From Spirochaetia bacterium (GTDB taxonomy: Bacteria > Spirochaetota > Spirochaetia > UBA9216): a stretch of DNA of 64,000 nt. The stretch is from assembly GCA_965140585.1 (NCBI GenBank), contig OZ223264.1, positions 512,001 through 576,000 of the forward strand, read 5' to 3'. Positions 21,468 through 30,291 of this stretch are shown here, one piece after another. The notes below the pieces were generated by a model that saw only the letters and a list, made by a program, of their open reading frames with translations, was not told where the DNA came from and searched no databases. The stretch's first letter is position 1. Every line of letters begins with the position of its first letter. Made by a program: the position numbers and the translations under genes.

Positions 21468-23363
21468 TCAGACTCCGGGCACCAGAGCCAGCGAAAACCA
21501 GGGCACATAAGTAATTAGCAGCACCATAAGAAGCAGAATAAGGAAGAAGGGAATTACCCCTCTGTATATCTTTGCGAGCGGTGTTTCAAAGGCGTAGGAA
21601 GCCAGAAAAAGGTTCAGTCCGACAGGCGGTGTAAGGTATCCAAGCTGCAGGTTCGCAAGAAAAATTATTCCAATCTGTACCGGGTTTATACCGTACATCT
21701 CTCCCAGGGGTATTATAAGAGGGGCTACAACCATGATTGCAGAGAATATATCCATCAGGCATCCTGTAATAAGCAGAACAACATTCAAAAGCAGCAGGAA
21801 TACAAGCGGCGACTGAATATGTCTGCTGAAGAAGCCGGTAAGCATCATAGGGACTTCTGCATCAACGATGAAGTAGGAAAGACCCTTTGCCATCGCCAGT
21901 ATCATCAGCACACCGCCAATAACCGGCATGCTCTTTTTCATTATTACGTTGAAATTACTGACTTTAAGATCTCTGTATATAAAGAACTCAAGTACAAAGC
22001 TGTACACGACTGCAACTGCCCCGGTTTCAACCAGGGTTGTTATTCCGCCGAAGTAGCAGAAAAGGATAAAAACAGGAAGAAGCAGATCTCCAAGCGCTCC
22101 TTTTAGGGCTGACAATCTTGATATGCTGTGGCTTTCATCTTCAATAGACTGATGAGCCTGTGCAGTTTCTGTATTATTTTTTGTAAATCTGCGGCTGTGA
22201 AGTATTGCCATTACCGAGAGCGCTGTTACCAGGATAACCCCTGGTATTATTCCTGCAAGAAACATATCCCTTATGCTTATCTGCGCCTGAACTCCGTACA
22301 TTATGATCGGCAGGCTCGGCGGGAACAGCAGTCCTATGCTTCCCGAGGAGGTGATTAGCCCCTTTGTAAAGTCTTCTGAATACTCCCTGCTTTTTATCAG
22401 TATGAATGAAAGCAGTCCTCCCATCGCCAGAATTGTTACCCCTGAAGCCCCGGTGAAGGTAGTAAAGAAGGCGCATACCAGCACGGTCATAACCGCAAGG
22501 CCGCCGGGCATTCTGCCTATAAAAGCTCTGAACAGGTTGACCAGGCGTTCACCGGTTTTTCCTTCGGAGAGTATAAATCCGGTCAGTGTAAAAAGCGGAA
22601 TGGCCGGAATGGCTGAACCGGTAAGCAGATTATATACTTCGTTCGGGATAACCTCGGGAACACTCCATGAGCCTGCAAAGAGAATGAAGGCGGTGCCCCC
22701 CAGAAGTATGAATATAGGCAGTCCGAATACTGTAAGTACAATTATCAGAATTACAATCAGCCAGTCAAGTTTATCAAAAAGCGCATAATAGCCTTCCTGA
22801 ATTACTTCAAGAAATTCAGGCGGCATGAAGGGCGTTGAATACCAGAGGTTCAGTACTGACGGAAGGGCAAGAAATAAACCGGTGAGTACTGCAATTGTGA
22901 AAAGAATCGGCTGCTTTTTATCTGAAGCTGTAAAGAATCTGATACCGGTAAATGCAAATGAGACGGGAATTATACAGCTTATTATCCCTATGGGAATCAT
23001 CCACAGTCTCTGGTCGGGGGAAAAGCCGATTATAATAAAAGAAACAGCAGCGACAGCCACACTAATTGATACCGAAGCTCCGGTAAAGCGGACTGCACTG
23101 TTCACGGCTTTTTTCAGCTTCCCGTCCGGGAGGTTTTCATCAAATCCGAGTTTGATATGCTGGTTTTCCCTTGTGCATATCATTCCCGATGTCAGTCCAA
23201 TCCATAATGTCAGGTGTCTGAGTAATGTCTCGTATTCAGGAACTGCCTGCTTTGACAGCAGCCTTGCAATAATCTGAAGTACAGGAGCTGCGGCAAGGGC
23301 GATAATTATGACCGATGCGAATCCGTTCTCAATTTTTCTAATCTGCTCTATCAGTTTCTTCAA
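21468..23363 (-). CDS. TRAP transporter fused small+large permease (DctQM)
   Basis: About 16 TM segments; AIPLFTLTG, GSIGLLFPPSLP, GYLTPPVGLNLF. Confidence 0.92.
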   Translation of the reverse strand: MKKLIEQIRKIENGFASVIIIALAAAPVLQIIARLLSKQAVPEYETLLRHLTLWIGLTSGMICTRENQHIKLGFDENLPDGKLKKAVNSAVRFTGASVSISVAVAAVSFIIIGFSPDQRLWMIPIGIISCIIPVSFAFTGIRFFTASDKKQPILFTIAVLTGLFLALPSVLNLWYSTPFMPPEFLEVIQEGYYALFDKLDWLIVILIIVLTVFGLPIFILLGGTAFILFAGSWSVPEVIPNEVYNLLTGSAIPAIPLFTLTGFILSEGKTGERLVNLFRAFIGRMPGGLAVMTVLVCAFFTTFTGASGVTILAMGGLLSFILIKSREYSEDFTKGLITSSGSIGLLFPPSLPIIMYGVQAQISIRDMFLAGIIPGVILVTALSVMAILHSRRFTKNNTETAQAHQSIEDESHSISRLSALKGALGDLLLPVFILFCYFGGITTLVETGAVAVVYSFVLEFFIYRDLKVSNFNVIMKKSMPVIGGVLMILAMAKGLSYFIVDAEVPMMLTGFFSRHIQSPLVFLLLLNVVLLITGCLMDIFSAIMVVAPLIIPLGEMYGINPVQIGIIFLANLQLGYLTPPVGLNLFLASYAFETPLAKIYRGVIPFFLILLLMVLLITYVPWFSLALVPGV

Positions 23364-23366
23364 AAT

Positions 23367-24365
23367 TTATTGATTCCTGAATTCTTCGAGTTTTCCGGTA
23401 ACTTCTTCATAAGTATCATATGAGACAATCTTGTTGTTGCCGACTATTGAGGCTATTCCCTTGACCATTATGTTCTTCCAAAGGACATAATCTTCAATAG
23501 TCAAATCGTTTATCTGCAGTCCGTTGTCCAGCATTACATTGATTGCCTTTTCTTCTATCCTGGCAGCTTGGCTGTAGAATCCGGAGGCCATATCCTTTGC
23601 AGCTGCCAGAAGTTCAGCATGATATTTGTCCGGGACTTTTTTCCAGGCTCTTTCTGTAATTATAATTCCGCCGATAACAGGCGAAAGTTTGATATTCATC
23701 ATATTTGGGGCCAGGGCGAACCACTGATATGAGGCTGCGGCCATCGGAGCTCCGTAAAAAGAGTCAACCATCCCGCTCTGAAGCCCCATCAGAACATCTG
23801 TCACATCAACGGGAACTACATTGAATCCCAAATCTGTAAAGGCTTCTGATATTCCAGGCTGAGTGATTGAACCTGCAAATTTAAGAGCCATGAGATCCTG
23901 CGGTGAGTAAACAGGCTTGTTTGAAAATATGTTGATCCATCCAGATTTGGCCCAGGCCAGCATGATAAACCCGTTTTCCTCAAAGCCTTTTTCAAATTGC
24001 GGTGTAAATTCACTGAGTATGTAATCAAGCTCTTCTTCAGAATCAAGAAGAAATGGGATGCTCATGGCGAAGGAGTCGGGGTATATGGCTGTCATTCCTA
24101 CTGAAGTAAGAACTGCCATATCGATCTGGCCTATACGCATTTTTCTGATAACATCGGCTTCGGAACCCACAATTCCTCCGGCATATATCTTTATTTTTAC
24201 CCTGCCGTCTGAAATTTCCGACCAGTCTGAAGCCATTCTTTTCAGACTGAGATCCCATTCTGTGCCTTCCGGCAGCAGGCTTGCAAGCTTAAGGTTCAGG
24301 CTGTAGATATTTGATGCTGAGAGCAGCAGGGCTGTACAAATTAATATGATTAACCTTTTATTCAT
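23367..24365 (-). CDS. TRAP substrate-binding protein DctP/TatP, copy 1
   Basis: LKLASLLPEGTEW, VKIKIYAGG, EADVIRKMRIGQID, GLQSGMVD; ATG 24365 overlaps the tatT stop. Confidence 0.9.
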   Translation of the reverse strand: MNKRLIILICTALLLSASNIYSLNLKLASLLPEGTEWDLSLKRMASDWSEISDGRVKIKIYAGGIVGSEADVIRKMRIGQIDMAVLTSVGMTAIYPDSFAMSIPFLLDSEEELDYILSEFTPQFEKGFEENGFIMLAWAKSGWINIFSNKPVYSPQDLMALKFAGSITQPGISEAFTDLGFNVVPVDVTDVLMGLQSGMVDSFYGAPMAAASYQWFALAPNMMNIKLSPVIGGIIITERAWKKVPDKYHAELLAAAKDMASGFYSQAARIEEKAINVMLDNGLQINDLTIEDYVLWKNIMVKGIASIVGNNKIVSYDTYEEVTGKLEEFRNQ

Positions 24366-25386
24366 AGTCTTCCTCAAAATCAAGCAGAAAATAATCATCG
24401 GCGTGGTCAAGAAGCCACTGCGCCTTCTGCTGGTAGATGGTTATAACAAGTTTATTATCCGGCATATTCACCGGGTCTATAGAAAGCGCTTTTTCAAGCA
24501 GTTCCCTGTATTCTTCATAATCCTGGTTTTTCACTGAAACAGACTGGGCATAGGTGTTGAATGTCCCGGGGTTTGTTCCTCCGGATATCCGCACTGATTC
24601 GTTAAAATGAAACAGAGCCTTATCCTGTGAACTGCTGACGTTTTTCGGATAATAGGATTCAAGGAAGGCTCCTGCATTCAGAGGGGCCGCTGCAGCAGCC
24701 TTTACAAGGTGGGACACCGGAAGGCTGCTGTAAAGCTGGATGAAGATGTCATGTACCGCACCATTACTGTATTCAGGATTGATTTCAAGCGCCTTAATCA
24801 ACATTGCTACAGGCATGTATATTTCGGCTGCCATCTCAAAGTCAAATGGATCGCAGCTGTATGCGCCTATCCAGCCTGCTGCAGTCCAGTAGAGGTTGTC
24901 CGCCTCGTCCGGGTTTTTGATCATTGAAAGTGCAGTATCAGCTGCTTTTCCGGCAAGAGCTTCGGTAAATCCGGGATGCAGAAGTTCCAGCGACTGTATG
25001 CTGTAGTTTTTACCGCGGATGTACATCTTTTTGGCTCGTTTCAGCTCTGCAGCGGCTTCTTCATAATCATCATCGGAAAGCATGCCTGCCGGTGTCTGTA
25101 TGAAAGCGTTGGCGTACATAACGAAATTCTTGCCCGTAGAAAGCTGCATGGCAGGTTTTTCAGGAGTCTCGGCTAGAATCATTTCATAGAGTTTTAAAGC
25201 CAGCGGAAGTGCATCGGCTACGAGCTGCGGATCGTCATCGTTCATGAAGACGCCTGCGCCTCCGGAACCGGAAGAAAGAATATCTGCAGCCTTATTCATA
25301 GCTATATCTTCAACAGATACGCAGGCTGCGGCGGAAAGAATCAGCATGAAAACTGATAAATACCTTATTACCTTTATCATATCCAC
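24358..25386 (-). CDS. TRAP-associated TPR-like lipoprotein TatT (Tp0956-like)
   Basis: Lipobox AAAC; DDDPQLVADALP, YANAFIQ, LYWTAAGW, QQKAQWLL; located inside a TRAP locus. Confidence 0.85.
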   Translation of the reverse strand: MDMIKVIRYLSVFMLILSAAACVSVEDIAMNKAADILSSGSGGAGVFMNDDDPQLVADALPLALKLYEMILAETPEKPAMQLSTGKNFVMYANAFIQTPAGMLSDDDYEEAAAELKRAKKMYIRGKNYSIQSLELLHPGFTEALAGKAADTALSMIKNPDEADNLYWTAAGWIGAYSCDPFDFEMAAEIYMPVAMLIKALEINPEYSNGAVHDIFIQLYSSLPVSHLVKAAAAAPLNAGAFLESYYPKNVSSSQDKALFHFNESVRISGGTNPGTFNTYAQSVSVKNQDYEEYRELLEKALSIDPVNMPDNKLVITIYQQKAQWLLDHADDYFLLDFEEDYE

Positions 25387-25436
25387 TCCAATATATAATT
25401 AATAGTAGAAAAAAATAAGGTGTTTAACCAATTTCT
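25387..25436 (-). repeat. About 50-bp upstream element, copy A (before tatT)
   Basis: tccaa-tatataattaat-N5-aaaaaaataaggtgttt-N4-aatttct, repeated at 26437-26487. Confidence 0.85.
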
Positions 25437-26430
25437 AATTTCTGAAATCTTCAAGCATGGAAAGAACCCTGCTGTAGGTTTCCGGCTGAACCAGTTTATT
25501 CGGTCCTACAATAGAGCTTATGCCGGTCTGCATTGTCTCCCTCCACTGTTCAGCTTCCTGAGGTGTTGTTTCATTTATCTGGAGTCCGTTTTCAAGCATT
25601 ACGCCAACAGCTCTCTGTTCAAGCTGAAGAGCCTCGCTGTAGAAACCTGCTGCCATTTCCCTGGCGGCTTCTATCATTTCGGCATGGAATCTGTCCGGAA
25701 CTTTCTTCCAGGCTCTTTCGGAAATAATTATTCCGCCTATTACCGGAGAAAGTTTCAGATCCATCATGTTGGGAGCAAGGGCAAACCACTGGTAGGATGC
25801 AGCCGCCATGGGGGCGTTGTAGAAGGCGTCAATCATACCGCTCTGCAGCCCCATGATAAAATCATTGATATCCATTGGCACCACTCTGAAACCCATCTGT
25901 GTGAAAGCTTCAGGAATTCCCGGCTGTGCTATTGATGCGGCGAATTTAAGTGAACGGAGTTCATCAGGGGTTGAAACCGGAGTTCTTGAAAAGATGTTGA
26001 TCCATCCTGATTTTGCCCATGAAAGCACGATGAAGCCCTCATCTTGAAAACCCTGTTCAAAATCAGGTGCTATCTTATCCAGAACAAAGTCAAGCTCATC
26101 TTCATTTTCGAGAAGAAAGGGTATGCTTAAAGCGAAGGAATCGGGATTTATAGCAGTCATCCCTGCCGCTGTCAGGACCGCCATGTCAATCTGTCCGAAA
26201 CGCATCTTTCTTATTACATCCGGTTCTGTTCCTGCAATCCCGCCGGCATAGATTTTAACTTTTACTCTGCCGTTGGAAATATCGGACCAGTCCGATGCCA
26301 TGCTTTTTAGATTCCGGTCCCATTCTGTTCCTTCAGGAAGGAGGCTGGCAAGCTTGAGTGTAAGACTGCCAGCATCAAACACCGCGAAAATAAGAAGTAT
26401 CATGACATATAAAGCTATTTTCTTCTTCAT
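25435..26430 (-). CDS. TRAP substrate-binding protein DctP/TatP, copy 2
   Basis: Close paralog of 23367-24365 (shared LKLASLLPEGTEWD, AAASYQWFALAPNMM, ERAWKKVPD); start at MKKKI, 26430. Confidence 0.9.
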   Translation of the reverse strand: MKKKIALYVMILLIFAVFDAGSLTLKLASLLPEGTEWDRNLKSMASDWSDISNGRVKVKIYAGGIAGTEPDVIRKMRFGQIDMAVLTAAGMTAINPDSFALSIPFLLENEDELDFVLDKIAPDFEQGFQDEGFIVLSWAKSGWINIFSRTPVSTPDELRSLKFAASIAQPGIPEAFTQMGFRVVPMDINDFIMGLQSGMIDAFYNAPMAAASYQWFALAPNMMDLKLSPVIGGIIISERAWKKVPDRFHAEMIEAAREMAAGFYSEALQLEQRAVGVMLENGLQINETTPQEAEQWRETMQTGISSIVGPNKLVQPETYSRVLSMLEDFRN

Positions 26431-26436
26431 AGACCA

Positions 26437-26487
26437 TCCAAGTATATAATTAATCATATAAAAAAATAAGGTGTTTGACAAATTTCT
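26437..26487 (-). repeat. About 50-bp upstream element, copy B (before dctP copy 2)
   Basis: tccaag-tatataattaat-N5-aaaaaaataaggtgttt-N4-aatttct. Confidence 0.85.
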
Positions 26488-26497
26488 GTTCTCCGCG

Positions 26498-26526
26498 TTG
26501 ACTTGTAAATGGGCAGAAGGTATCAT
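26498..26526 (+). promoter_or_regulatory. pepT promoter, apparently leaderless
   Basis: TTGACT-17 nt-TATCAT, 6 nt before ATG 26533; no SD. Confidence 0.65.
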
Positions 26527-26532
26527 TATCCC

Positions 26533-27789
26533 ATGAAAGATGAAATTTTAAAGCGGTTTGTACGTTATGCAAAAATCGAGACAACTTCTGATCTGCATCA
26601 GGAAGTTACACCTTCCACTGAGTGCCAGTGGGATTTGCTCAATCTGCTTGTTGAAGAATTAAAAGAGTTGGGAATAAAAGATATTTCCCTTAATGAGCAT
26701 GGCTATCTGATAGCAAGACTCGAATCGAATTTTTCCAAATTAAAACCGGGAGCACCGGAGCCTCCTGTAATCGGGTTTATGGCGCATGTTGATACATCCT
26801 CGGATGTATCGGGCAAGAATGTAAATCCGCTTATCCATGAAAATTATGACGGTAATCCCATTAAGCTGAAATCGGATGTGTTAATTGATCCTCAGTCAGA
26901 TCCGGATCTCGGCAAATATACCGGACATACGGTAATTACTGCAGATGGAACAACACTTCTCGGGGCCGATGACAAGGCCGGGCTTGCAGAAATTATGACA
27001 GCCGTGAAATATTTTCAGGATAATCCGGAAATTCCGCACGGAACAGTAGAGATAATCTTTACTCCTGATGAGGAAACCGGCAAGGGGATGGATCGTTTTC
27101 CGGTTAAGGAACTCAAATCTGTTTTCTGCTATACCCTTGACGGCGGAGAAGAAGGCCACATTGAAGTTGAGTGCTTTAATGCCTTTATGGCAAAGCTTGA
27201 GTTTAAAGGCCGTGTTATTCATCTCGGAAGTGCAAGAGGCTCACTGGTGAATGCAGTAACAATGGCAAGCACATTTATAAGCATGCTGCCCAGAAACGAG
27301 AGCCCGGAAGCAACTGATGAACGTTATGGATATTACTGTCCCTTTGAAATTAAGGGTGAGCTTGAAGAAGCTGAAGTTGTCGTTTATATCCGTGATTTTG
27401 ACCTGAGTGAGGCAGAGCGGCGTGTTGAAACTGTAAAGACGCTGGCGAAGGCTGTTGAGGCTGTTTTTCCCGGCGGTCAGGTAGAAGTTACCGCAAAAAA
27501 GCAGTACCTGAACATGAAGGAACATATGGACAAAGTGCCTCAGGGGCTTGAGTTTCTGCTTGATTCAGTACGAGAAGCAGGAGTTGAACCTGAATATGAG
27601 ATAATCAGGGGAGGAACCGACGGTGCCAGGCTTGCAGAGATGGGAATTCCGACACCGAATGTGTTTACAGGCGGCCATAATTTTCACAGCAGGAAGGAAT
27701 GGGCAGTGCTTTCAACTATGGAAAAATCCTGTATCACAGTGATAAATCTGATCAGAAAATGGGCGGATACTGACGGAACAGAATCCTAG
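26533..27789 (+). CDS. pepT: Peptidase T (tripeptide aminopeptidase)
   Basis: AHVDTS, TLLGADDKAG, FTPDEE, IRGGTDGA, GGHNFHS. Confidence 0.96.
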   Translation: MKDEILKRFVRYAKIETTSDLHQEVTPSTECQWDLLNLLVEELKELGIKDISLNEHGYLIARLESNFSKLKPGAPEPPVIGFMAHVDTSSDVSGKNVNPLIHENYDGNPIKLKSDVLIDPQSDPDLGKYTGHTVITADGTTLLGADDKAGLAEIMTAVKYFQDNPEIPHGTVEIIFTPDEETGKGMDRFPVKELKSVFCYTLDGGEEGHIEVECFNAFMAKLEFKGRVIHLGSARGSLVNAVTMASTFISMLPRNESPEATDERYGYYCPFEIKGELEEAEVVVYIRDFDLSEAERRVETVKTLAKAVEAVFPGGQVEVTAKKQYLNMKEHMDKVPQGLEFLLDSVREAGVEPEYEIIRGGTDGARLAEMGIPTPNVFTGGHNFHSRKEWAVLSTMEKSCITVINLIRKWADTDGTES

Positions 27790-27838
27790 TGCTATATTTA
27801 AATTGCAAGGTTGGAAAAAAGTGAAACAGGCGGCAGAT

Positions 27839-29032
27839 ATGAAGAGTAAATGCTTAAAAAAAATAGGGACGGGGATAGCAGCCTTTTTATTGTTAATCCC
27901 CGGTATAGTTTCAGCTGAAGATGTGATAGGCCGTATTGCTTATCTTGAAGGCATTGTCGACCTTCAGCGGGACGGAGACATAATCGAACTCTGGGATACA
28001 GACATCGGTTATGAAATCCTTAACTATGATCTTATAGAAACCGGAGTCGACGGATTTATTGAAATAGAAATGCTTGGTCAGAAAAACCGCGGAACCAAGG
28101 TAAAGGTTGAGAACGATACCGCCTTTTACTTTGATTCAGCGAAGGTCGGCGGAGACAGCAGGACCAATATCAATATGCTTTCCGGCGCGCTTGCTTTCAA
28201 GGTTCAGCATCTTACCGGCAGCGAACAGTTCAATGTAAAAACCGAGAGCGCAGTAATGGGCGTGCGGGGAACAGAATTCGCGATTAAGAGAGCTCCAGAG
28301 GGGTCTGTCCTTGTAACCTGTGTAGAGGGCAAGGTTGCCTGTGAAGATGACAGCAGACGTGAGCGTTTTGCATCTCCGGGAAGTATTGTTGAAAAGAGGC
28401 CTGATGAAGATTTAACACGGATAGATGTTGATCCGGGTGATGAGAATCTTTACAGCGTTTACTGGACCGGAAAAAGAGAAGAAATCTTCCGTGCAGGTGC
28501 CGAGACCTTTGTAAAGGGCTATTCCAGTCAGTACATGTCACTGCTGCCGAGGTTTCTTGAGGCATATGACAAGCTTGATGAAGTTCGTGACCTGCTTGTA
28601 ACATACGGCAGCGATGCGGCCTCCTCAGGATATTCTTCAAAGATGATTACCGTAAAAAGTGAAGTATCTGATGAAATGATAATGATGCGAAGCATTCTTC
28701 CGCTTTTTGAGCATTCATTCTACGCGGTTCAGGTTCTTGAGGGCTATCATGAACTTGGAATCGGCAGGGTAAATCTGGACAAGAATTATTCATCAGATGA
28801 TTTCTTCACAGAATTCTCATATGACAAGCTCGAAATCAAGCAGAAACTGGCAAATGTAAGATACTTTATTAAACTTTATATAAATATAAACAGGGCTTCA
28901 TCTCCGGGAGAGCTTGATACTCCCTCATTTTTTGAAGATATGATGACTGCTCCGAATCCTATGGGCGGAGGCGGGGTTCCGTCAGAATCAGCTCCCGCAC
29001 CCGGAATGCCCGCACCTTCCATGAATTTCTAA
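27839..29032 (+). CDS. Secreted FecR-domain protein
   Basis: Signal peptide; DLIETG.DG, VKTESAVMGVRGTEF and VTCVEGKV FecR motifs, followed by a helical C-terminal region. Confidence 0.75.
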   Translation: MKSKCLKKIGTGIAAFLLLIPGIVSAEDVIGRIAYLEGIVDLQRDGDIIELWDTDIGYEILNYDLIETGVDGFIEIEMLGQKNRGTKVKVENDTAFYFDSAKVGGDSRTNINMLSGALAFKVQHLTGSEQFNVKTESAVMGVRGTEFAIKRAPEGSVLVTCVEGKVACEDDSRRERFASPGSIVEKRPDEDLTRIDVDPGDENLYSVYWTGKREEIFRAGAETFVKGYSSQYMSLLPRFLEAYDKLDEVRDLLVTYGSDAASSGYSSKMITVKSEVSDEMIMMRSILPLFEHSFYAVQVLEGYHELGIGRVNLDKNYSSDDFFTEFSYDKLEIKQKLANVRYFIKLYININRASSPGELDTPSFFEDMMTAPNPMGGGGVPSESAPAPGMPAPSMNF

Positions 29033-29054
29033 GTTTTAAAAATTTTAGATTATC

Positions 29055-29083
29055 GGGGCTGTCCGTCTGGACGGCCCTTTTTT
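29055..29083 (+). terminator. Rho-independent terminator
   Basis: ggggctgtcc-gtct-ggacggccct followed by a T run. Confidence 0.75.
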
Positions 29084-30209
29084 ATTCGATTATCCGCGGC
29101 ACCCGTTTGGATAAGGAACAGGTGAGCTCGTATGAGATTGTTCCGATAAGTTCGGCAAGATCTTCAGCTGTCAGTGCTCCGTCTTCTGGTCCGAAAAGAA
29201 CCGCACGATCGTAGAGCTTAACTTCAGGGTTCGGTCCCAGATCCACCATAAGCATATCCATGCACACAGTTCCAGCTACCGGGTAAAGTTTTCCGTTTAT
29301 CAGTATTTTACCCCTGTTTGAAAGCAGCCTGTAGTATCCGTCTGCGTATCCCGCCGGAATAGTACCTATCCAGGTTTCCGCATCTGCAGTAAACCTTCTG
29401 CCGTAAGAAATATCAGTGCCTCTGCTCACTTTTTTTATGTGAATCAGCCTGGATTCAAAACCCATTATCGGCCTGGGCATGAAATTCAGATTTTCAGGCT
29501 CTATTACAGACTCCATTCCGCCGGGTAGATAGCCGTAGGCAAGTATTCCCGGCCTCACCATATCAAAGTGGGATTCAGGATAATTTATTATACCGCCGGA
29601 GTTTGCTGCATGGATGGTCCCCGGATCAATGCCTCTGCTTCGTATAAGTTCAACCCTGTCGTTGAAAAGTTTAATCTGGTTTCTTGTAAACTCAATATCA
29701 CTTTCTGCAGTGCTGTCACTCACCGGAAAATGTGTACAGACTCCGCTGAGTTGAAGACCCGGTGCATCGCTGATCATCCCGGCCAGGCGGATAACATCAT
29801 CTTTGTGGCATCCGATCCGGCCCATTCCTGTGTCAATTTTAAGATGAACCCTTACTGAATTCCCGTCTGCAGCCTCTGAGAGCCTGATAAGCTCTGCTTC
29901 TGTGGAGATTACAGGTTCAATATTAAGCTGCAGAAGCTCTTCTGTTTCTTCAGGCAGTGCCGGACTCAGAAGAATTATTGGAAGCTCTATCCCGAAGCAA
30001 CGAAGTTCAGCCGCTTCGCTCACTGCTGCGACTGCCAGACAGTCCACACCGTAATCCCGCGCCAGGCGGCTGATTCCCTCTGCGCCGTGTCCATACGCAT
30101 CAGCCTTAACCGCCATGCATATTTTCACACTCTTACCGGTAAGATTCCGGATACTTTCCAAATTAAACTTCAGATTCGATGAATGAATTACAGCTCTGGT
30201 TGCTCTCAT
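29082..30209 (-). CDS. alr: Alanine racemase
   Basis: AVKADAYGHG, HLKIDTGMGRIG, HAANSG, VRPGI, GYADG, VCMD, TISYE. Confidence 0.97.
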   Translation of the reverse strand: MRATRAVIHSSNLKFNLESIRNLTGKSVKICMAVKADAYGHGAEGISRLARDYGVDCLAVAAVSEAAELRCFGIELPIILLSPALPEETEELLQLNIEPVISTEAELIRLSEAADGNSVRVHLKIDTGMGRIGCHKDDVIRLAGMISDAPGLQLSGVCTHFPVSDSTAESDIEFTRNQIKLFNDRVELIRSRGIDPGTIHAANSGGIINYPESHFDMVRPGILAYGYLPGGMESVIEPENLNFMPRPIMGFESRLIHIKKVSRGTDISYGRRFTADAETWIGTIPAGYADGYYRLLSNRGKILINGKLYPVAGTVCMDMLMVDLGPNPEVKLYDRAVLFGPEDGALTAEDLAELIGTISYELTCSLSKRVPRIIE

Positions 30210-30215
30210 TCGCAC

Positions 30216-30277
30216 ATTCTAACTTTAAATATGCTTCTTGAAAAGCATTTGAAAACCGGATCTAAAAGCGGTATAAT
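30216..30277. promoter_or_regulatory. Back-to-back promoters for alr and the lipoprotein operon
   Basis: Minus strand TTTTCA-17-TAGAAT, 6 nt before ATG 30209; plus strand TTGAAA(30249)-17-TATAAT(30272). Confidence 0.55.
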
Positions 30278-30291
30278 CTGAAACAGATAAT

